Assembly (NCBI RefSeq): GCF_054482525.1
Contig: NZ_CM137006.1
Length of the DNA stretch: 64,000 nucleotides
Direction: 5' to 3' (one strand)
Below are positions 56,249-64,000 of the stretch, piece by piece. A model generated the notes under the pieces. That model saw nothing but the letters and a program-made list of their open reading frames with translations. It searched no databases and was not told the origin of the DNA. The translations under genes were made by a program, and so were the position numbers. Position 1 is the first letter of the stretch. The number at the start of each line of letters is the position of its first letter.

Positions 56249-57265
56249 ATGAGCATACTTGTGACTGGTGGGGCTGGCTATATTGGCTCACATGCTATAT
56301 TAACTTTATTGCAAAATGGATATGATGTTATATCGCTAGATAATTATTGCAATTCCTCTCCAAAATCTCTAGAACGAGTAGAGGAAATTTGCTTATCTAA
56401 GATAAAAAAATTACGTGGTGATATTAGAGATAGACATATATTAAAAAATATCTTTTCAAAATATAATGTTTCTACTGTAATGCATTTTGCGGGTTTAAAA
56501 TCTGTTAACGAGTCCATTAAAAAACCATTAGAATATTACGACACAAATCTTTTGGGGACTCTAATATTACTTGATGAAATGCAGAAAGCGAATATTTCTA
56601 ATCTAATTTTTAGTTCGTCTGCTACTGTCTATGGCAATCCTCATTATGTTCCAATATCTGAAAAACACCCTGTCGGTGAGGTGATCAATCCGTACGGTCG
56701 TTCAAAGTTTATGGTGGAACATATATTGCGTGATTTTTGTAACGCGAATAGCGACGCAAATATCACAATACTAAGATATTTTAATCCTGTAGGTGCTCAT
56801 AAGACTGGATTAATTGGAGAAGATCCTTTAGGAACTCCTAATAACCTGTTTCCCTATGTTGCGCAAGTCGCAATTGGAAAATTACCCTATCTAAATGTTT
56901 TTGGTAATAAATATATGACAAAAGATGGAACAGGTGTAAGAGATTATATCCATGTAGTCGATTTAGTTGAGGGGCATCTTGCCGCTTTAAAAAATCTCAA
57001 TAGAAACCGGGGGCTTAAAGTTTTTAATTTAGGCACTGGTCAAGGTTATAGTGTGTTAGATATCATCGACGCTTTTAAACTGGAAACAGGACGCGATATA
57101 CCTTTCCGTATCGTTTCTGAGCGAAATGGAGATGTGGCTGAATGTTGGTCCGATCCTTCCTTAGCAAACGAGCAGCTAAGTTGGGTTGCTAAAAGGACTC
57201 TTAATAATATGGTGGAAGATGCATGGAGATGGCAAACAATGAATCCAAATGGATATAAAGAGTAA
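56249..57265 (+). CDS. GalE-family UDP-hexose 4-epimerase (UDP-Glc/Gal or UDP-GlcNAc/GalNAc)
   Basis: 338-aa ORF starting MSILVTGGAGYIGSH..., with catalytic YGRSK. Substrate specificity cannot be told from sequence alone. Confidence 0.8.
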   Translation: MSILVTGGAGYIGSHAILTLLQNGYDVISLDNYCNSSPKSLERVEEICLSKIKKLRGDIRDRHILKNIFSKYNVSTVMHFAGLKSVNESIKKPLEYYDTNLLGTLILLDEMQKANISNLIFSSSATVYGNPHYVPISEKHPVGEVINPYGRSKFMVEHILRDFCNANSDANITILRYFNPVGAHKTGLIGEDPLGTPNNLFPYVAQVAIGKLPYLNVFGNKYMTKDGTGVRDYIHVVDLVEGHLAALKNLNRNRGLKVFNLGTGQGYSVLDIIDAFKLETGRDIPFRIVSERNGDVAECWSDPSLANEQLSWVAKRTLNNMVEDAWRWQTMNPNGYKE

Positions 57266-57333
57266 ATTGAAACAATTATAATCATCCATTTCATTGCTTA
57301 CTGTATTGTTATCTATATATATGAAAACAAAAA

Positions 57334-58341
57334 ATGAAAATATTATATGATGGGATTGTGAAAAGTTTACAATCATATGGTGGTATCACTGTATACTTTG
57401 AAGAAATCATTAAGAGATTAAAAAATGACGAATACAAATTCATTCAATTTAATGATAAAAATGAAAATCACAATGATGATCTCCATCGGCCATGCCGGTT
57501 TTTAGAACGATATAGATGTTTTGAAGCATTAAAAAGTGATTCAGATTACAGTATATTTCATTCTACATATTATCGGGTTCCGAAAGATGGGGAATATGCG
57601 GTTGTGACCACGGTCCACGATTTCACATATGAATTGTATATGAAAGGACTTCGGCGCAATGTTCATAGCTTACAAAAAAGATGGGCTGTGAAACATAGCG
57701 ATGCAATCATTTGTGTCTCTAATAATACAGCCAAGGATTTAATTAATTTCTTTAAGGTTGATGAAAAAAAGATACATGTTATTCATAATGGTGTATCGGA
57801 AGATTATAGACACTTAAATCTAGAAAAAGAAAATTTTGTGCTTTTTGTCGGTGCTCGTTCAGGATATAAAAATTTTGAGCTTGCAGTTAAAGCCGTTTCT
57901 AAACTTTTTGATACTAATCTTAAAATAGTCGGCGGAGGTGGTTTAAATAAAGCAGAAATGAAGTTACTATCTGAATATCTTCCAGAAAGATTCCAGTACT
58001 TAGGGAAGGTATCAAATGAAAAACTAAATATATTATATAATTCGGCTTATTGCTTAATCTATCCTTCAGAATATGAAGGGTTTGGAATTCCCTTGCTTGA
58101 GGCTATGCGAACTGGCTGTCCTGTGATAGCCGTAAATAGATCATCAATACCCGAGGTTGTGGGGGATAGTGCGATTTTAGTCGAAGAAGTATCAATTGAA
58201 AGTTTATTCTCAGCTTTATTAAGTGTAGAAGCTAACGCTAATGAATTAAAAAATAAAGGATTAGCGCAATCTAATAAATTTTCATGGGGGAAGTGTTTCT
58301 CCGAAACATATAATCTATATAAATCACTATCTAAGTTTTGA
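57334..58341 (+). CDS. O-antigen glycosyltransferase, GT4 family
   Basis: 335-aa ORF with the motif region ...[25 protein letters not shown]... Confidence 0.75.
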   Translation: MKILYDGIVKSLQSYGGITVYFEEIIKRLKNDEYKFIQFNDKNENHNDDLHRPCRFLERYRCFEALKSDSDYSIFHSTYYRVPKDGEYAVVTTVHDFTYELYMKGLRRNVHSLQKRWAVKHSDAIICVSNNTAKDLINFFKVDEKKIHVIHNGVSEDYRHLNLEKENFVLFVGARSGYKNFELAVKAVSKLFDTNLKIVGGGGLNKAEMKLLSEYLPERFQYLGKVSNEKLNILYNSAYCLIYPSEYEGFGIPLLEAMRTGCPVIAVNRSSIPEVVGDSAILVEEVSIESLFSALLSVEANANELKNKGLAQSNKFSWGKCFSETYNLYKSLSKF

Positions 58342-58351
58342 GAGGTTATTT

Positions 58352-59473
58352 ATGTGTAAGAAAGCTTTAATTACAGGAATTACCGGGCAAGATGGTTCCT
58401 ACTTGGCAGAATTTCTGCTTAAAAAAGGCTATGAGGTTCATGGAATAAAACGTCGATCTTCCTTGTTTAATACTGACCGTATTGATCATATATATCAAGA
58501 CCCACACCATCGTAATTTAAAATTACAACTTCATTATGGTGATTTAACAGATACTTCTAATTTGACTCGGATATTATCTGAAGTTCAACCTGATGAAGTT
58601 TATAATCTTGGCGCAATGAGTCACGTAGCTGTTTCCTTCGAATCCCCAGAATATACAGCTGATGTTGATGCTATAGGTACTTTACGATTATTGGAAGCTA
58701 TTCGTTTTTTGGGATTAGAAAAAAAAACCCGATTTTATCAGGCGTCAACCTCTGAATTGTATGGATTAGTTCAGGAAGTTCCACAAAAAGAGACAACGCC
58801 GTTCTATCCTCGTTCACCTTATGCCGTAGCTAAACTGTATGCATATTGGATCACTGTAAACTATCGTGAGTCTTATGGAATGTATGCATGTAACGGTATT
58901 TTGTTCAATCATGAATCCCCACGTCGTGGGGAAACGTTTGTAACACGTAAAATCACACGTGCTATAGCTAATATATCGCAGGGAATAGAAAAATGCTTAT
59001 ATCTTGGCAACATGGATTCTTTACGCGATTGGGGGCATGCGAAAGATTATGTTCGTATGCAATGGATGATGCTTCAACAAGACCAGCCAGAAGACTTTGT
59101 TATTGCCACCGGCAAACAAATATCTGTACGTGAATTTGTCCGTATGTCTGCTAAAGAAGTTGGACTTGAACTTGAGTTTTCCGGTACTGGTGTTGATGAG
59201 ATTGCATTTGTTGTAAATAAAACATCAGATTGCGCCGTTGGTGTTAATATTGGTGATGTTATTGTTCGCGTTGACCCTCGTTATTTTCGACCAGCAGAAG
59301 TTGAAACTCTTCTTGGTGATCCAACAAAAGCAAAAAATGTCTTGGGTTGGGAGCCAGAGATTACAGTTGAAGAAATGTGTGCAGAAATGGTGGCTAGTGA
59401 TTTAGAAAAAGCTAAACAGCATGCACTTCTTAAAAGCCATGGTTTTGACGTGGCAGTCTCTTTGGAGCGTTAA
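58352..59473 (+). CDS. gmd: GDP-mannose 4,6-dehydratase (O-antigen copy)
   Basis: 373-aa ORF with high protein similarity by eye to the colanic-acid Gmd (35691..36812), but with AT-rich codon usage. Confidence 0.93.
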   Translation: MCKKALITGITGQDGSYLAEFLLKKGYEVHGIKRRSSLFNTDRIDHIYQDPHHRNLKLQLHYGDLTDTSNLTRILSEVQPDEVYNLGAMSHVAVSFESPEYTADVDAIGTLRLLEAIRFLGLEKKTRFYQASTSELYGLVQEVPQKETTPFYPRSPYAVAKLYAYWITVNYRESYGMYACNGILFNHESPRRGETFVTRKITRAIANISQGIEKCLYLGNMDSLRDWGHAKDYVRMQWMMLQQDQPEDFVIATGKQISVREFVRMSAKEVGLELEFSGTGVDEIAFVVNKTSDCAVGVNIGDVIVRVDPRYFRPAEVETLLGDPTKAKNVLGWEPEITVEEMCAEMVASDLEKAKQHALLKSHGFDVAVSLER

Positions 59474-59476
59474 AGT

Positions 59477-60442
59477 ATGACCAAGAAGCGAATTTTTGTG
59501 GCTGGACATCGTGGGATGGTTGGTTCTGCTATTTGTCGTCAATTATTAGCACGTAATGATGTTGAGTTAATTGTCAAAACTCACAAAGAACTCGATTTGA
59601 CAGTTCAAAAGGATGTTGAATGTTTTTTTGAGCAAGAGAGAATAGATCAGGTTTACCTTGCAGCAGCAAAAGTAGGAGGAATTCATGCTAATAACACTTT
59701 TCCAGCTGAATTTATTTATCAGAACCTTCTTATTGAAAGCAATATTATTCACTCATCTTACAAAGCGGGCATAAAGAAACTATTATTCTTAGGGTCAAGT
59801 TGTATCTATCCAAAGTTTGCAGAACAGCCAATGAAAGAATCTGCACTTTTGACGGGAACTCTTGAGCCTACTAATGAGCCTTATGCTATTTCCAAAATAG
59901 CAGGTATAAAGCTATGTGAATCTTATAATCGCCAATATGGATGTGATTATCGCAGTGTAATGCCTACTAACTTATATGGTATGAATGATAATTTTCATCC
60001 CAATAACTCACATGTAATTCCAGCGCTTATGCGGCGTTTTCATGAAGCAAAGGAACTTGGTTTAAATGAAGTGGTTGTCTGGGGAACGGGAACTCCAAAA
60101 CGCGAGTTTTTATATGTTGATGATATGGCCGCTGCATCAGTATATGTGATGGAGCTTGATGATGAAATTTATAAAAAAAATACTCAACCAATGTTATCTC
60201 ATATTAACGTAGGTACTGGTGTTGATTGTTCCATACGTGAAATGGCAGAAACAATGGCTTTAGTTGTTGGCTATGATGGAAAAATTGTTTTTGATATAAC
60301 AAAACCAGATGGTTCGCCTCGTAAACTTATGGATGTTACACGCCTTGAGAATTTGGGTTGGAAATATCGTTATAATTTAAAACAAGGACTAGAATTAACA
60401 TATAAATGGTTTATAAATAATCTTGACTCATTTAGGAGTTAA
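59477..60442 (+). CDS. fcl: GDP-L-fucose synthase (O-antigen copy)
   Basis: 321-aa ORF starting [19 protein letters not shown]..., paralogous to the colanic-acid Fcl. Confidence 0.93.
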   Translation: MTKKRIFVAGHRGMVGSAICRQLLARNDVELIVKTHKELDLTVQKDVECFFEQERIDQVYLAAAKVGGIHANNTFPAEFIYQNLLIESNIIHSSYKAGIKKLLFLGSSCIYPKFAEQPMKESALLTGTLEPTNEPYAISKIAGIKLCESYNRQYGCDYRSVMPTNLYGMNDNFHPNNSHVIPALMRRFHEAKELGLNEVVVWGTGTPKREFLYVDDMAAASVYVMELDDEIYKKNTQPMLSHINVGTGVDCSIREMAETMALVVGYDGKIVFDITKPDGSPRKLMDVTRLENLGWKYRYNLKQGLELTYKWFINNLDSFRS

Positions 60443-60444
60443 TA

Positions 60445-60900
60445 TTGAACAAGAGATTAGAAACAGAGTTATTTAAATCAATAGTTGAACATACTCCACT
60501 AATCTCGATAGACCTTATTATAAGAAACGAAGATGGTAAGGCGCTGCTTGGTCAGCGCCTTAATCGTCCAGCACAAAATTATTGGTTTGTGCCGGGGGGA
60601 CGGATTCTTAAAGATGAGTCTTTCGAGAACGCATTCAAAAGAGTTACTTTAGAAGAATTGGGTGTTCAAATTAGCATTAATGAAGCAAAATTTCTTGGGA
60701 TTTATGAACATTTCTACAGCGACAATTTTTCTGGGACTTGTTTTTCAACTCATTATGTCGTACACGGATATGAGATTAGTTTGATGCCACATCAAATTAA
60801 CTATCCAACACTACAACATAGTACTTACAATTGGTTCGATATAGCCGAATTGTTAGCTAATTCCTCAGTTCATCAGTACACAAAAAATTATTTTAAGTGA
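60445..60900 (+). CDS. gmm: GDP-mannose mannosyl hydrolase (Nudix; O-antigen copy)
   Basis: 151-aa ORF with an apparent TTG start at 60445, seven nt after an AGGAG; similar to the colanic-acid Gmm core (...NYWFVPGGR...). Confidence 0.75.
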   Translation: MNKRLETELFKSIVEHTPLISIDLIIRNEDGKALLGQRLNRPAQNYWFVPGGRILKDESFENAFKRVTLEELGVQISINEAKFLGIYEHFYSDNFSGTCFSTHYVVHGYEISLMPHQINYPTLQHSTYNWFDIAELLANSSVHQYTKNYFK

Positions 60901-60911
60901 AGGTTATTTAT

Positions 60912-62297
60912 ATGCTACTTCCTGTTGTAATGGCCGGTGGTTCTGGAACTAGATTGTGGCCACTTTCTCGAACACTATATCCGAAGCAATTCCTATCGTT
61001 AACTAGTCGTTTGACTATGCTACAAGAGACCTTAAGAAGGCTTGAAGGGGTTGAACATCGTCCTGCTCTGGTTATTTGTAATGAAGTTCATCGTTTTATC
61101 GTTGCAGAACAGATGCGTAATGTAAATTTAGCGAATAGTGGCATTTTACTAGAGCCGATAGGTCGTAATACAGCCCCCGCAGTTGCGCTTGCTGCTCTTA
61201 AAGCGATTTCATCAGGTGAGGATCCAATACTGCTTGTACTAGCAGCCGATCATGAAATACAAGACCAAAAGCGCTTTATATCGTCAATATTGGCTGCAAA
61301 AGAATTTGCAGAGGAAGGTAAGCTGGTAACTTTTGGTATTGTGCCAACCAAACCCGAAACTGGATATGGCTACATAAAAACCGGAGAAAATTTAAATGAA
61401 TATGGTTTTAAAGTTTCTGCTTTTGTTGAAAAGCCTGAGCTAGATGTGGCCAAAAAATATCTTGAAGATGGAGATTATCTTTGGAATAGTGGAATATTCA
61501 TGTTTAGGGCTTCTGTGTTTATTGATGAGTTGAATAAATTTAGACCAGACATACTAAAAATATGCCAACAAGCATTGAAGTCCTCTACACAAGATCTTGA
61601 TTTTATCCGTATAGATAATGACTCATTTAGTTGTTGCCCTGAAGAATCCATTGATTACGCTGTTATGGAGAAAACAACAGAGGCTGTGGTAGTTCCATTA
61701 AATGCCCACTGGAGCGATGTTGGTTCTTGGTCTGCATTATGGGAAATTAGCAGAAAAGATAAAAGTGGAAATGCAATTAGAGGAGATGTATTAATTCATG
61801 ATTCTTCTGACAGTTATCTTTACTCACAACATAGATTAATTGGTGTAGTAGGAGTTAAAGATTTAGTAGTTGTTGAAACTAAAGATGCTATTCTCGTTGC
61901 GCATAAAGATAAAGTTCAACAGGTAAAAAATATTGTAGAAAAACTTAAAGTTAATAACCGTACGGAATATCTGCAGCATCGTGAAATATTTAGGCCATGG
62001 GGCAGTCATGACTCTATAGCGGAAGGATCTCGATTTGAGGTTAAACATGTCGTTATTCATCCTGGACATAAAACTGCTAAACAGATTCATTACCATCGTA
62101 CTGAGCATTGGATTGTTGTTTCTGGAACAGCAAAAGTCCATTATGAAGATGAAATATTTCTTGTTTCTGAAAATGAATCAACTTATATACCAATAGGTGT
62201 ACCTCATTTTATTGAGAATCCAGGAAAGATCCCTTTGGAGATTATTGAGGTACGTTCAGGTGTCTACTTGGATGAAGATGATGTTGTTAGAATCTAA
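60912..62297 (+). CDS. manC: Mannose-1-phosphate guanylyltransferase (O-antigen copy)
   Basis: I place the start at the ATG at 60912 ([20 protein letters not shown]...); the ORF track uses an in-frame GTG at 60897. Paralogue of cpsB. Confidence 0.88.
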   Translation: MLLPVVMAGGSGTRLWPLSRTLYPKQFLSLTSRLTMLQETLRRLEGVEHRPALVICNEVHRFIVAEQMRNVNLANSGILLEPIGRNTAPAVALAALKAISSGEDPILLVLAADHEIQDQKRFISSILAAKEFAEEGKLVTFGIVPTKPETGYGYIKTGENLNEYGFKVSAFVEKPELDVAKKYLEDGDYLWNSGIFMFRASVFIDELNKFRPDILKICQQALKSSTQDLDFIRIDNDSFSCCPEESIDYAVMEKTTEAVVVPLNAHWSDVGSWSALWEISRKDKSGNAIRGDVLIHDSSDSYLYSQHRLIGVVGVKDLVVVETKDAILVAHKDKVQQVKNIVEKLKVNNRTEYLQHREIFRPWGSHDSIAEGSRFEVKHVVIHPGHKTAKQIHYHRTEHWIVVSGTAKVHYEDEIFLVSENESTYIPIGVPHFIENPGKIPLEIIEVRSGVYLDEDDVVRI

Positions 62298-62380
62298 AAT
62301 GATGCTGGATACTAATGCAACATTATTATTCGTAATGCTGTACTGACGTTATTTAATTATGATTATTATTGGATGTTAAA

Positions 62381-63127
62381 ATGAAAGTCAGTATTATTAC
62401 AGTGACTTATAATAGTGAAAAGACTTTAAGGGATACTTTAGAGTCAATAGAGTTGCAAACCTATAAAGATATAGAGTATATAATTATTGATGGTGGTTCT
62501 ACAGATAATACGTTAAAACTAATTAACGAAGTATCAACAAGAGTAACCAAATGTCTATCAGAAAGCGATAACGGTATCTATGATGCTTTAAATAAAGGTA
62601 TAAATTTATCTACGGGAGATATTATTGGATTCGTTCATTCTGATGACCTTTTAGCAAGACCTGATATTATTGAAACTATTGTAAGCCGTTTCCATGAGAC
62701 AAAAGCGGATGTTGTATACGGTGATTTGGTTTTTTTCGAAAAAAACCAAACTGATATAATCAAACGATACTGGCGTAGTGGTCCTTTTAAACGTTCTAAG
62801 CTATCATTAGGCTGGGCACCACCGCATCCATCTTTCTATATGAGGAGGGAATTATATAAAGACGATGGATATTTTGATTTATCCTATAGGATTGCTGCAG
62901 ACTATGATCAGATGGTCAGGATTTTGAAACGTGATGATATTAAAGTTATTTATGTTCCTCAAGTATTTGTAAAGATGAGATTGGGTGGGGAAAGTACCAG
63001 AATTGATAACGCGATATCAAGTACAAAGGAAATTGTAGAAGTTATGAAAAACCATAATGTAAATTGGAAAATTGCTATCATTATCAGAAAAATCTCAAAA
63101 CTAATGCAATTGTTTGCGCATAAATAA
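62381..63127 (+). CDS. O-antigen glycosyltransferase, GT2 family (WcaE-like)
   Basis: I place the start at the ATG at 62381 (MKVSIITVTYNSEKTL...), with IIIDGGSTDNT and DNGIYDALNKG motifs; the ORF track starts at a TTG at 62369. Confidence 0.75.
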   Translation: MKVSIITVTYNSEKTLRDTLESIELQTYKDIEYIIIDGGSTDNTLKLINEVSTRVTKCLSESDNGIYDALNKGINLSTGDIIGFVHSDDLLARPDIIETIVSRFHETKADVVYGDLVFFEKNQTDIIKRYWRSGPFKRSKLSLGWAPPHPSFYMRRELYKDDGYFDLSYRIAADYDQMVRILKRDDIKVIYVPQVFVKMRLGGESTRIDNAISSTKEIVEVMKNHNVNWKIAIIIRKISKLMQLFAHK

Positions 63128-63151
63128 TTTTATTATTGGTAAGGTTTTTAT

Positions 63152-64000
63152 ATGAAAAAATTAACCTGCTTTAAAGCCTATGATATTCGCGGGAAATTAG
63201 GCGAAGAACTGAATGAAGATATTGCGTGGCGCATTGGTCGCGCCTATGGCGAATTTCTCAAACCGAAAACCATTGTGTTAGGCGGTGACGTCCGCCTCAC
63301 CAGCGAAACCTTAAAACTGGCGCTGGCGAGAGGTTTACAGGATGCGGGCGTCGATGTGCTGGATATCGGCATGTCCGGCACCGAAGAGATCTATTTCGCC
63401 ACGTTCCATCTCGGCGTGGATGGCGGCATTGAAGTTACCGCCAGCCATAATCCGATGGATTATAACGGCATGAAGCTGGTTCGCGAGGGGGCTCGCCCGA
63501 TCAGCGGAGATACCGGACTGCGCGACGTCCAGCGTCTGGCTGAAGCCAACGACTTTCCTCCCGTCGATGAAACCAAACGCGGTCGCTATCAGCAAATCAA
63601 CCTGCGTGACGCTTACGTTGATCACCTGTTCGGTTATATCAATGTCAAAAACCTCACGCCGCTCAAGCTGGTGATCAACTCCGGGAACGGCGCAGCGGGT
63701 CCGGTGGTGGACGCTATCGAAGCCCGCTTTAAAGCCCTCGGCGCACCTGTGGAATTGATCAAAGTGCACAACACGCCGGACGGCAATTTCCCCAACGGTA
63801 TTCCTAACCCGCTGCTGCCGGAATGTCGCGACGACACCCGCAATGCGGTCATTAAACACGGCGCGGATATGGGCATTGCCTTTGATGGCGATTTTGACCG
63901 CTGTTTCCTGTTTGACGAAAAAGGGCAGTTTATCGAGGGCTACTACATTGTCGGCCTGCTGGCAGAAGCGTTCCTCGAAAAAAATCCCGGCGCGAAGATC
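63152..64000 (+). CDS. manB: Phosphomannomutase (O-antigen copy), 5' 283 codons; the gene continues past the right edge of the window
   Basis: Starts [14 protein letters not shown]... Nucleotide sequence is nearly identical to cpsG from the ATG onward and is GC-rich, unlike the AT-rich genes just upstream. Confidence 0.9.
   Translation, partial: MKKLTCFKAYDIRGKLGEELNEDIAWRIGRAYGEFLKPKTIVLGGDVRLTSETLKLALARGLQDAGVDVLDIGMSGTEEIYFATFHLGVDGGIEVTASHNPMDYNGMKLVREGARPISGDTGLRDVQRLAEANDFPPVDETKRGRYQQINLRDAYVDHLFGYINVKNLTPLKLVINSGNGAAGPVVDAIEARFKALGAPVELIKVHNTPDGNFPNGIPNPLLPECRDDTRNAVIKHGADMGIAFDGDFDRCFLFDEKGQFIEGYYIVGLLAEAFLEKNPGAKI

Noticed and set aside
1-64000. Search for CRISPR arrays, IS elements, integrases, tRNA or rRNA genes
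   Set aside because: No regularly spaced direct repeats, no transposase- or integrase-like ORFs and no tRNA-like cloverleaf candidates were noticed. The only tandem repeat is the ibs/sib pair.

Overview
This 64-kb window is a chromosomal segment of an Escherichia coli-type genome covering the his-linked polysaccharide region and its neighbours; nearly all of it is recognisable, conserved gene content. Reading left to right: (1) the baeSR two-component system and the mdtABCD RND/MFS efflux operon, all on the minus strand, with a BaeR-box-like motif upstream of mdtA; (2) a tandem pair of ibs/sib type I toxin-antitoxin repeats; (3) a translationally coupled VWA / PP2C phosphatase / Hanks-like kinase triad (yegL-yegK-yegI); (4) yegD, alkA, dgcE (yegE), udk, dcd, asmA and yegH; (5) the complete colanic acid cluster wza to wcaM, preceded by a JUMPstart/ops element; (6) a gne/gnu-type epimerase gene and galF; (7) a second JUMPstart/ops element followed by a visibly AT-rich O-antigen cluster (wzx, wzy, four glycosyltransferases, a GalE-family epimerase, a second gmd-fcl-gmm-manC set) ending in a partial manB that is GC-rich and nearly identical to the colanic-acid manB. 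I found no CRISPR array, IS element, integrase, tRNA or rRNA. I do not see an unambiguous undescribed system; the best candidates for a second look are the yegL-yegK-yegI triad (TerY-P-like architecture, unresolved role in E. coli), the mosaic manB, and the O-antigen cluster, whose serogroup I cannot assign without a database search. All coordinates come from the supplied ORF track plus manual start-codon checks; no similarity search or GC computation was run.
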